Shown: positions 1 to 7,563 of the stretch, piece by piece
Numbering within the stretch: position 1 is the stretch's first letter
Layout of the letters: every line of letters begins with the position of its first letter
Source: a bacterium
GTDB lineage: Bacteria > Zhuqueibacterota > Zhuqueibacteria > Oceanimicrobiales > Oceanimicrobiaceae
DNA: 13,761 nucleotides
Reading direction: 5' to 3'
Assembly (NCBI GenBank): GCA_046758365.1
Contig: JBHIAC010000088.1
Coordinates: 1-13,761 of the forward strand
The notes under the pieces: generated by a model
The model's database searches: none
The model's input: only the letters and a program-made list of their open reading frames with translations
Told to the model about the DNA's origin: nothing
Made by a program: the position numbers and the translations under genes

Positions 1-78
1 GGTCAGGCTCAGGAACTGCAAGATAGGATTATCGTGGATCTACAAGTCACTAAAAAGAAAAGAGGCGTGGATGGATAG
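1..78 (+). CDS. 3' end of an upstream gene truncated by the window edge (GQAQELQDRIIVDLQVTKKKRGVDG*), product unknown
   Basis: Frame +1 is open from base 1 to TAG at 76-78 and overlaps the next ATG by 8 nt (ATGGATAG), typical of translational coupling. Only 25 codons are visible. Confidence 0.55.
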   Translation, partial: GQAQELQDRIIVDLQVTKKKRGVDG

Positions 79-2026
79 AAATATTTTGTTAGTTGAACCT
101 AATTACAAGAACAAATACCCGCCTTTGGGATTAATGAAGATTAGCGCCTATCACAAGCACCTTGAAGATAACGTTGTTTTTTTCAAAGGCGACTACAATC
201 AGTATTTCTTTGATGAGAAATTTGAAAAGTGTATTTCAAAAATAAAGATTCAAAGTTTTGAAATCGACGACTGGAACTATTTGCAATCAAAAATAAAAGA
301 ATACTTAAAGTATCGAAGAAAGTCTTGTTTGGCTGAGATTCTAAGTTTTTTACCTTTCAATTACATTCACACGGTTGAGAATATTTTGCGATTTTATTCG
401 GCAAAGTACAAATCAGAAAAAAAATGGGATAGAGTCTATGTAACCAGCCTCTTTACTTACAATTGGAAACAAACGATTGAAGCAGTCGAATTCGCCAAGA
501 AAGTAGTGAAATCCATTGATGGACTGTTTCTTGGAGGTGTCGCCGCCTCATTGATCCCCGACCTTTTCGCAAAAGAGACAGGGCTTATTGTTGGTAAAAA
601 CGTTATCGTTGGACTGTTGGACAGACCTCGGGTTTTTGATGACAATGACATCATAATTGATGAGATAACCCCAGATTATAGCATTCTAGAGACTATCGAG
701 CACCATTATCCATTAGATACTGGCTACTTGACGTATATGACTAAAGGGTGCACAAGGACATGTAGTTTTTGTGCAGTACCGAAGCTTGAGCCAACATACA
801 AAAATATGGTCTCGGTAAAAGAACAAATCAAGCGAATCGCAGAAGTACATGGAGCCCGAAAAGATTTGATATTGATGGACAATAATGTCTTAGGATCATC
901 TAAGTTTCCCGAAATTGTTCAAGAAATCTTGGACATGGGTTTCGAGAAGGGCGCTCAGTTTGTAGAACCGAACAGATTTATGATATTAACAGATTACTTG
1001 ATAAAAGGTAATAATGAGCACAATGAAAAAAAATACCTCCAGAAAATATTTACCCTTTTATCTGAATTCGGTTATAAAAGAATTAAGAAACTAGAAGATC
1101 GAGAGAAATATCTTCGCTTGCTTGCTGATAACGGATTAGATTCATTGCCGACATTCACAAAAGAGAGTTTGCTCAATTGCAGAGACGTAATTAATGAGTT
1201 TATAGAGAAATACAGAAACAAGTCAAGAAAACAACGTTATGTAGATTTTAATCAAGGTATTGATTGTCGCTATATTGACGAAGACAAAATGAAGTTGTTA
1301 AGCCAACTTCCAATTCGTCCTATGCGTATAGCATTCGATTATCTTTCACTTAGAAAGCCTTATGAAAATGCAGTAAGGTTGGCAGACAAATATGGTGTGC
1401 GTGAATTATCTAATTACATCCTCTTTAACTATCGCGATAAACCTATTGAACTTTGGCAAAGATTGAAAATTAATAGCGATCTTAATCGTGAATTGAAGAC
1501 ACCCATTTACTCCTTTCCGATGAAATTTATTCCGCTTTATGGCGAAGATTCCAAAACTAGGACATATATCGGAAAGCATTGGAATCGCAAGTATGTACGG
1601 GCAATACAATTTATCCTACATGTAACTGGGGGTGTCGTCTCAGTGAATCCAACATTTTTTGAACGAGCATTTGGAAAGAACCCTGATGAGTATTTCAAAA
1701 TTTTGATGATGCCAGAGTCCTACATCATGTATCGCGAACATTTCGAACAAAATGGTAACGCTCAAACATGGTGGTATCAATATAAGAATCTGAATTCAAG
1801 AGAATTGAAGGAGTCTGAAGAAATTATTCATTCTAATGATTTTTTTAGTCTGAATGGCACTACGAGTAAAGCTGTCATTGAATTTTTGAAGCACTATCAA
1901 TTTATTTATAGACCCGAAAGAGATTCAGTCAAAATCGTTTATGTTAAGATAGGTCAGCGCTCAGACAAAAAAACAAGAATCGATTCCTATCTACGAAGTA
2001 CTACAAGTATACTTGTGCCTGATTAG
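71..2026 (+). CDS. Radical SAM protein with N-terminal cobalamin-binding-like domain, 651 aa, function unknown
   Basis: CxxxCxxC motif GCTRTCSFC (C227/C231/C234, nt 749-772). N-terminal ILLVEP..YPPLGLMKISAYHK and LGGVAASLIP resemble B12-binding-type rSAM N-domains. Barrel motifs LMDNN, VDFNQG, RIAFD, NYILFNY. Confidence 0.88.
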   Translation: MDRNILLVEPNYKNKYPPLGLMKISAYHKHLEDNVVFFKGDYNQYFFDEKFEKCISKIKIQSFEIDDWNYLQSKIKEYLKYRRKSCLAEILSFLPFNYIHTVENILRFYSAKYKSEKKWDRVYVTSLFTYNWKQTIEAVEFAKKVVKSIDGLFLGGVAASLIPDLFAKETGLIVGKNVIVGLLDRPRVFDDNDIIIDEITPDYSILETIEHHYPLDTGYLTYMTKGCTRTCSFCAVPKLEPTYKNMVSVKEQIKRIAEVHGARKDLILMDNNVLGSSKFPEIVQEILDMGFEKGAQFVEPNRFMILTDYLIKGNNEHNEKKYLQKIFTLLSEFGYKRIKKLEDREKYLRLLADNGLDSLPTFTKESLLNCRDVINEFIEKYRNKSRKQRYVDFNQGIDCRYIDEDKMKLLSQLPIRPMRIAFDYLSLRKPYENAVRLADKYGVRELSNYILFNYRDKPIELWQRLKINSDLNRELKTPIYSFPMKFIPLYGEDSKTRTYIGKHWNRKYVRAIQFILHVTGGVVSVNPTFFERAFGKNPDEYFKILMMPESYIMYREHFEQNGNAQTWWYQYKNLNSRELKESEEIIHSNDFFSLNGTTSKAVIEFLKHYQFIYRPERDSVKIVYVKIGQRSDKKTRIDSYLRSTTSILVPD

Positions 2027-2062
2027 TATTAGCTGAACTTGGACGGCATTACGTAAGTGATG

Positions 2063-2192
2063 GTATAGCAATTCATTCACCCGACAAAAGGGCGGCAGTT
2101 CTCTGGGTTAGTTGGGTGCTCTCTCGAAAGTCATTTTGGGATTCAGAGTTCTGTGCAATGAAGCCCTTTTGCGGGTGATGATTGTGTTAGCA
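2063..2192 (+). mobile_element. Integron attC-like recombination site, 130 bp, degenerate R'' box
   Basis: R'' GTATAGC (2063-2069), 5-nt spacer AATTC, L'' ATTCACCC (2075-2082), stem GACAAAAGGGC ... GCCCTTTTGC, L' GGGTGAT (2173-2179), 6-nt spacer, R' GTTAGCA (2186-2192). The left arm has two unpaired bases, one in L'' and A2084. It sits between a stop codon and the next gene, in the same orientation. Confidence 0.7.
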
Positions 2193-2198
2193 GTGTAA

Positions 2199-2264
2199 AG
2201 GAAGGAAATAGACAGAGAAATAAAAGGATTAAGAAAATGGATCAAAGAACGGCTATCGAAATAG
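2199..2264 (+). pseudogene. Possible C-terminal remnant of a HEPN-domain toxin gene (RKEIDREIKGLRKWIKERLSK*)
   Basis: Frame overlapping the first 28 nt of the MNT gene, bounded upstream by TAA at 2196-2198 with no start codon. The IKxLRxWIKExL helix resembles, from memory, C-termini of HEPN proteins that overlap MNT starts. Confidence 0.45.
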
Positions 2265-2542
2265 CAAATAGATATATTAACTATTTAAGGAAGAATAAAT
2301 TCAATGTCCAAAAAGCCTATTTATTTGGTTCATATGTTAGTGGACAATATAATGAAGACAGCGATATTGATTTGGCTATAGTTATGAACAAGTTGTCAAA
2401 TAGTTTCACTACACAAGTTGAATTGATGAAAATAAGTCGAAAATTTGACACAAGAATTGAACCTCATCCATTCGAAGAATCAGATTTCAATACTAATCCA
2501 TTTGCGAAAGAAATTCATAATAAAGGAATCCGTATTGCTTAA
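2237..2542 (+). CDS. Minimal nucleotidyltransferase (MNT, Pol-beta superfamily), type VII TA antitoxin-like
   Basis: 101 aa; AYLFGSYVSGQYNEDSDIDLAIV matches the hG[GS]x(9-13)DxD signature; third acidic residue in RIEPHP; AAAGGA RBS at 2223-2228. Confidence 0.9.
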   Translation: MDQRTAIEIANRYINYLRKNKFNVQKAYLFGSYVSGQYNEDSDIDLAIVMNKLSNSFTTQVELMKISRKFDTRIEPHPFEESDFNTNPFAKEIHNKGIRIA

Positions 2543-2587
2543 ACATTTCAGGAGGAACTCACCAATTGGGGAAAGAAGAACAGCAAA

Positions 2588-3253
2588 ATGCTAAGAGCGG
2601 TCATTCAGGCAGGTCTGTTTTTTTTATTCCTCGCAGGCACCATATTTAGCGCGGCCGGCCGAGTTGACTGGCCGATGGCGTGGGTCTTCCTCGCTATCTA
2701 CCTGGCTTTCATCGTCCTCGGTTTCTTGCTCTTCGACCCAGAGTTGATTCGAGAGCGCAGCCGCAAGCATGCCGGGATCAAAGAGTGGGATCTGGTATTG
2801 GCGAGTTTCTCCTTCGTCTGGATCTTCCCGGCACCGCTTCTCGTCGCGGGACTGGATACCGGACGTTTCAAATGGTCGCCACCATTTCCAGTGGCGGTGC
2901 AAGTCTCGGCTCTTGTAGTCTTTGTTTTCGGACACGCCATCGCCTTCTGGGCCATGGTGGCCAACAAGTTCTTCTCCACATTTGTTAGAATTCAGACTGA
3001 GCGTGGGCACCACGTCGTAACCGACGGACCTTACGCCTGGGTCCGCCACCCTGGCTATACAGGCACAATCTTGTCAGCCATAGCACTCCCAATTTCACTT
3101 GGAGCTCTTTGGGCTCTCATCCCGGCATTCATTGGGGCGTGCCTGTTCGTCGTTCGTACTCTACGTGAGGATAGGACCCTGACCGACGAACTAAATGGAT
3201 ACCGCGAATACACCTCCCGTGTTCGTTGGCGTTTGGTTCCGGGCCTCTGGTGA
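2588..3253 (+). CDS. Isoprenylcysteine carboxyl methyltransferase / PEMT-family integral membrane methyltransferase
   Basis: 221 aa with several hydrophobic helices; NKFFSTFVRIQ..RGHHVVTDGPYAWVRHPGY motif; C-terminal R..ED..L...L.GY.EY...VRWRLVPGLW. Confidence 0.9.
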   Translation: MLRAVIQAGLFFLFLAGTIFSAAGRVDWPMAWVFLAIYLAFIVLGFLLFDPELIRERSRKHAGIKEWDLVLASFSFVWIFPAPLLVAGLDTGRFKWSPPFPVAVQVSALVVFVFGHAIAFWAMVANKFFSTFVRIQTERGHHVVTDGPYAWVRHPGYTGTILSAIALPISLGALWALIPAFIGACLFVVRTLREDRTLTDELNGYREYTSRVRWRLVPGLW

Positions 3254-3532
3254 CGTCGGACGGACAGAAAGAATCTATGATTAGAGCTAACTTCAAAGAC
3301 TTTTTGAATTATGCCACTTTGAGCAGAAAAGTCTGCATAATCATCAAACTTCAGCTCGATGACGATTTCTATGCAGTCTTTTCCGGCAATAAGCGTGAAG
3401 CTGGAGTGTATGTTGTATCGTGGTACGCTCAAGGAGTTTCTGGAAATTTCATGCTGTCCAAATAATGAGTAAAGAATGTCCAATCACATTCCATCACGAT
3501 TCAGTCAGAAACCGATGTAGAATCTTCAAGTA

Positions 3533-5020
3533 CTATATTGTGTGATGCTCATAAGGTAAGTCTATTTTATCTACTTTCCGAAGGGCCTCAACTACGGTGG
3601 GATTGAATTGCTCGCCAGCGCATTCCGCCAAAATCTTGATGGCCTTCTCATAACTTCTTCGCTTACGATAATGACGATCGGTAACTATAGTATCAAAAGC
3701 ATCAGCCACAGCAATAATAGCGCCTGCAAGAGGTATGTTATCTTTTTGCAATCCCCTCGGATATCCTTGACCATTATGCCATTCATGATGGCTATAGACC
3801 GCTTCCACCACAGAAGATAATCGTTTAATGTGTTTTAAAATATTAAATCCTTTTTCAGTATGGGTTTTTATAATTTCATATTCTTCCAGGGTTAAACTTC
3901 CTTTTTTAAAGAGAACTGAATCCGGGATACCAATTTTACCAATATCATGTAAATTCCCGGCCCATTCCAGTTCCTCTAATTGATCGTCCTGGAGTCCCAA
4001 ATTCTTACCGATGGCTACAGCCACCTGCGCCACTCTTTTTGAATGACCATGAGTATAGGGGTCTCGTTCATCTAATGTCTTGGCCAGAGATTTCATAGTC
4101 TCCAAAAATAATATTTCCAAATCGAGAACTAAATCTGCATTTTCTAAAGCAATCGAAGCATGACTTGCCAAGATCACGGCCCCATCTTTGTCAGCCTCCG
4201 AAAATTCTGATTTATTTTTATATAAACAAAGTATGTTATTCACACTGCCATTTAACTTTAGAGGAACGCCGATAGCTGTTTTGGACCACTGCTCTTCTCC
4301 AATGGAACCAAAATTTGTAATACTGTTATCCCAATTATTTATTATTATCGAAGACCGATTCCTTAAAACTTTTCCCGGAAGGCCGCCATATTTTTGAAAA
4401 TGTTTTTCTTTTTCAATCAAACCATCTAAATTAAATCCATAGCGTAAGAATATTTGTTCATTCTCAGGGTCTAATTCAAAGATGCCCCCGCGGTCGGCTT
4501 TGGTTTCTTTCACCGCGGCCTCTAAAAGTAAGGAATAAATTTTCGATGGTTCGTGAAGGAAACTTATCTCCTCGCTTACTTTAAAAAAGTTAAACAGGGT
4601 TTTTAACCTAATATTCTCTTGTAGCAGCTTCTTACGCTCAATCGCGCTTTGGATAGCAATAAGTATTTCATCTACGTTGAAGGGCTTGCGTACAAAATTG
4701 CTGGCTCCTTCCTGGACGGCCTGAACCGCGACTTCCAAAGTAGCATGGCCGGTCATCAGAACTACCGGGATTTCCGGCGAGAGGGCTTTTAATTTCCGCA
4801 CCAATTCTAGTCCATCGAGTTGAGGCATTTTAATGTCAGTGAGAACAAGATCAAAGGGGATTAATGAGACCTGGTTAAGAGCTTCGATGGGGTCAGAGAT
4901 AGTCTCTACCGAATAACCTGCATTACTTAAAAGATCATAGCAGAGTTTGCAGATATGGCTTTCATCATCAACAACGAGTACTTTTTCTTTAATCTCTTTG
5001 CGGATCTTACTTATTGGCAT
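3533..5020 (-). CDS. Response regulator REC-GAF-HD-GYP, predicted cyclic di-nucleotide (c-di-GMP) phosphodiesterase
   Basis: REC: VLVVDDE, LTDIKMP, MTG, RKPF. Central GAF: IGVPL..., FSEADK...LASHASIALEN. HD-GYP: RDPYTHGHS, HDIGK, HHEWHNGQGYPRG, VADAFD, RHYR. Confidence 0.93.
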   Translation of the reverse strand: MPISKIRKEIKEKVLVVDDESHICKLCYDLLSNAGYSVETISDPIEALNQVSLIPFDLVLTDIKMPQLDGLELVRKLKALSPEIPVVLMTGHATLEVAVQAVQEGASNFVRKPFNVDEILIAIQSAIERKKLLQENIRLKTLFNFFKVSEEISFLHEPSKIYSLLLEAAVKETKADRGGIFELDPENEQIFLRYGFNLDGLIEKEKHFQKYGGLPGKVLRNRSSIIINNWDNSITNFGSIGEEQWSKTAIGVPLKLNGSVNNILCLYKNKSEFSEADKDGAVILASHASIALENADLVLDLEILFLETMKSLAKTLDERDPYTHGHSKRVAQVAVAIGKNLGLQDDQLEELEWAGNLHDIGKIGIPDSVLFKKGSLTLEEYEIIKTHTEKGFNILKHIKRLSSVVEAVYSHHEWHNGQGYPRGLQKDNIPLAGAIIAVADAFDTIVTDRHYRKRRSYEKAIKILAECAGEQFNPTVVEALRKVDKIDLPYEHHTI

Positions 5021-6161
5021 TTTTATCGAGAGGCAAATAGACAGAAAACTCAGAACCTTTATCTTTCTCGCTCTTCACTTTCACACCACCGCCGTGAGCA
5101 ACAGTAATTGCCCGAACTGAAGGCAACCCTAATCCCAAACCTCCCCCCATAAAAGCGTCTTTACTTGTGCTGTGATAACTGCTATCCTGAACTTCATAGA
5201 ACTTTTCAAATATACTACCCAATTTCTCTGATTGAATTCCTATTCCGGTATCTTTGACAGATATGATACAATAATCTCCTTCCGTTTTGGCAGCAATTTG
5301 AATTTCCCCTCCATCAGGTGTGAATTTAATGGCATTTTGAAGTAACTCTCTGACAACCCCTTTGATTTTATTGTGATCAGCATTTAATGATATACCTAAC
5401 TTATCTTTTTTAAATTCTAACTTCAAATTTCTTTTTTGGGATATGATTTGATATTCATATACTACTTGGTTGATAAGCTCGTTAACATTAAATCTCTTGA
5501 GTTGGAGGTTCAGAGAGCCATTCTCCAGTTGACTAAGGGAGTGCATATCTCTCACAATAGATTCTAACTCATCAATCGAATTAAAAATTACTTGCATACA
5601 CTGCTGTTTCTCTTGCTCAGAAAGCTGTTCATATATTTCATCATTTAATATCCCTAAATACCCTTTTAAATGACAGACAGGAGTACGTAATTCATGGCTG
5701 GTGATCGCAATAAATTTATTTTTCATCTCTTGGAGTTCAAGCAACTTTTGATTTGCTAACCGTAACGCCTTGTTTTCTTCACCCAAGTGAATTTTCTCAA
5801 AACATTTATCAGCCACAATACGAATTTGATCCGGTTGGATAGGCTTTAAGATAAAATCGTAAGCTCCTTTTTTCATTGCAATTATCGCACTTTCAATAGT
5901 CGCGTATCCCGTCATAATAACGACTTCTACATGAGGGAAGTCACGTTTGATTTCCTCAAGCAGTTCCATACCATCAATGATTGGCATTTTTACATCGGAG
6001 AAAACAAGGTCGCATTCTCCTTTCTGCAAATGCTCTAAGGCCTGAATGCCATTTTCTACAGTGAAAACCTTGTATCCTATTTTTTGTAAGCTTCTTAGAC
6101 AAATATTTCTAACGACCTCTTCGTCATCTACCACCAAGATATTTCCACGCTTATCTCTCAT
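5007..6161 (-). CDS. Cytoplasmic hybrid histidine kinase, REC-HisKA-HATPase_c
   Basis: REC: ILVVDDE, FSDVKMP, MTG, LKP. H box SHELRTP, N box ELLQNAIKFT, G1 DTGIGI, F box IFEKFY, G2 GGGLGLGL. No TM or sensor domain. 14-nt overlap with the HD-GYP gene. Confidence 0.93.
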   Translation of the reverse strand: MRDKRGNILVVDDEEVVRNICLRSLQKIGYKVFTVENGIQALEHLQKGECDLVFSDVKMPIIDGMELLEEIKRDFPHVEVVIMTGYATIESAIIAMKKGAYDFILKPIQPDQIRIVADKCFEKIHLGEENKALRLANQKLLELQEMKNKFIAITSHELRTPVCHLKGYLGILNDEIYEQLSEQEKQQCMQVIFNSIDELESIVRDMHSLSQLENGSLNLQLKRFNVNELINQVVYEYQIISQKRNLKLEFKKDKLGISLNADHNKIKGVVRELLQNAIKFTPDGGEIQIAAKTEGDYCIISVKDTGIGIQSEKLGSIFEKFYEVQDSSYHSTSKDAFMGGGLGLGLPSVRAITVAHGGGVKVKSEKDKGSEFSVYLPLDKNANK

Positions 6162-6198
6162 GATAAATAAAAATTCGTTTTAATTAGACCAAAACAGA

Positions 6199-6981
6199 TT
6201 ATTGATAATTCTGGTAAGAATTATCTTGTTTGTTAATTTGTATGATCTTTTGAAACTTTCTCACTAACTCTTGCAATCGGGCAGCCTGTTTTGCAATTTC
6301 AACAATATCATCAAAAAGTGGACTTTGTTGGTTGAGATCTTCTTTGATCAAATTGCAATAACCCATAATACCAGTAAGTGGTTGATTAAATTCATGACTT
6401 ACAGAGCTGGCCAATTCGATCATAGATTGTAATTTTTCTCTTTCCAAATTCCCCAGCACCGCACCGGTGCAAGTGGCAATAACGGAAAGAAATCTTGCAT
6501 TGTCCGAATTATAGGCATTCCAGGCATAGCTTTGAGTGCTAATCACACCTTCTACCTTATCTCCAACCAGTATTGGTGAAGCCATAATAGATTTAGAAAT
6601 CTTCTCTTTATTCCCAAATGTTTTGGCTGTCTTTGGATTGATAGAACTTATCTCTTTTTCGGTTCTATTTAAAAGAATGGTTTCTTTTTTGAAAATGGCT
6701 TGTGCAGCTATCTCACTCTCTAATTGAGCCGAGACTCTCGGATACCGCTTATTTTCATCCATGATAAAGACGAAATCCAAACTCTCTGTTCCCCCTTGAT
6801 ACAATCCAACATAAAAAGCTTCTGTAGGCATCACTTTCCCAAGTAATTCATAAATTTTGTTAAGCAATTCGTCTAAACTGGAGCTAAAGCCTATGTATTG
6901 ACAAATTTCATAAAGGATGCCAAATTGTTTACAAAAACTCACTGCTTCTTCCTGATAAGATTTTTCCAGAGAGGACTGCAT
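6199..6981 (-). CDS. GAF + HisKA (DHp) protein lacking the HATPase domain
   Basis: GAF: FYVGLY, SIMASPILVGDKVEGVISTQSY..NAY. H box SHEFNQPLTGIMGY (H196) plus a second helix, then stop at aa 260; no N/G1/F/G2 boxes. Confidence 0.85.
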   Translation of the reverse strand: MQSSLEKSYQEEAVSFCKQFGILYEICQYIGFSSSLDELLNKIYELLGKVMPTEAFYVGLYQGGTESLDFVFIMDENKRYPRVSAQLESEIAAQAIFKKETILLNRTEKEISSINPKTAKTFGNKEKISKSIMASPILVGDKVEGVISTQSYAWNAYNSDNARFLSVIATCTGAVLGNLEREKLQSMIELASSVSHEFNQPLTGIMGYCNLIKEDLNQQSPLFDDIVEIAKQAARLQELVRKFQKIIQINKQDNSYQNYQ

Positions 6982-7016
6982 AATACAAACATTTAATTTT
7001 TACTTATTCTTTAAAT

Positions 7017-7043
7017 TTATCGGCAAAATTAATTCATTCTAAA
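7017..7043 (-). promoter_or_regulatory. Candidate sigma-28 (FliA)-type promoter for the signalling operon
   Basis: The minus strand reads TTTA-N15-GCCGATAA: an exact 8/8 match to the -10 consensus, 35 nt upstream of the ATG at 6981, with a weak -35 (consensus TAAA). Confidence 0.35.
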
Positions 7044-7178
7044 ACGTCAAGTTGGAATTTGAAGTAAGTATCGAGGAATTTGAAACAGACCTGAAATGAC
7101 AAAGACTGCGATTCGTATATACTCTTGCACAGCCACAAACCAAATAGTTTAAGAAAACGTTTTAGAAGCGTAAATACT

Positions 7179-7206
7179 ATTATAAACAAAAATTTGACAA
7201 AATCAA
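7179..7206 (-). promoter_or_regulatory. Candidate sigma-70 promoter for the signalling operon
   Basis: Minus strand TTGATT-N16-TATAAT with an A-rich tract upstream; implies a leader of about 190 nt. The AT-rich context lowers specificity. Confidence 0.45.
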
Positions 7207-7325
7207 GTGATTTTTTTATTTTTTTCGCAATTTCAGGCAGTTCTTATCACAAACGGTTTGGTACAAGAAAGGGGTCGAAAATATTTGGATGTTTGAACCC
7301 CAATAATGCATTTGAAAAAAAATAA

Positions 7326-7481
7326 TAAACCACAAAGGGCACAAAGAACACGAAGAAACACAAAGATAAATATATTTTAAAAAAATAAAATTTGAATAAA
7401 AAAAGTGAAACTGAAAGACACTATTTCCCCTTTTATCTTTTTAAAAATTAGAACTTTGTGTCTTAGTGTCTTTGTGGTTAA
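7326..7481. repeat. Inverted-repeat element of tandem CACAAAG-like heptamers (MITE/REP-like)
   Basis: Left arm: AAC CACAAAG GG CACAAAG AA CACGAAG AAA CACAAAG (7328-7365). Right arm: CTTTGTG T CTTAGTG T CTTTGTG GTT (7454-7479). Perfect 10-bp terminal IR AACCACAAAG/CTTTGTGGTT around an 88-nt AT-rich spacer. Confidence 0.75.
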
Positions 7482-7563
7482 TGCAAAATTTGGGTTGAAT
7501 TTGGCATGGAAAAGAGGAAATTCCTATTAGGGAATAGAAATTAAAATAATAGATGGTCCACTT

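Noticed and set aside
2..70. Upstream in-frame extension of the radical SAM ORF (frame +2 is open to the window edge)
   Set aside because: ATG 71 has a purine-rich RBS-like stretch (AAGAGG), begins the first domain strand (ILLVEP) and overlaps a stop in frame +1, so it is the more likely start.
2536..2587. Second attC after the MNT gene (TGCTTAAAC resembles the expected TGCTAAC)
   Set aside because: No L boxes, stem or downstream GTT box; at most a decayed trace.
3285..3316. AGCTAAC plus the small hairpin TTCAAA-GACTT-TTTGAA after the ICMT gene as an attC site
   Set aside because: Too short, and there is no matching L'/R' at a symmetric position.
2624..3483. Alternative ORFs 2624-3049(-), 2680-2988(+), 2698-2979(-), 3055-3483(-) and the long form 3226-3465(+)
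   Set aside because: They overlap the well-supported ICMT gene, have no recognisable motifs, and are expected by-products of locally high GC.
6982..7172. c-di-GMP riboswitch in the long leader of the HD-GYP operon
   Set aside because: I could not find the two-hairpin GNRA tetraloop/receptor pattern by eye; an Rfam scan would settle it.
7125..7325. 66-aa + strand ORF in the intergenic region
   Set aside because: TTG start, no RBS, runs through promoter-like A/T tracts, and has no protein-like motif.
7328..7479. CRISPR array
   Set aside because: Units are 7 nt with 1-3-nt gaps in inverted orientation; there are no spacer-sized unique sequences and no cas genes.
7519..7535. Intrinsic terminator after slt (ATTCC-N6-GGAAT)
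   Set aside because: The 5-bp AT-rich stem and interrupted U-tract are too weak to call.
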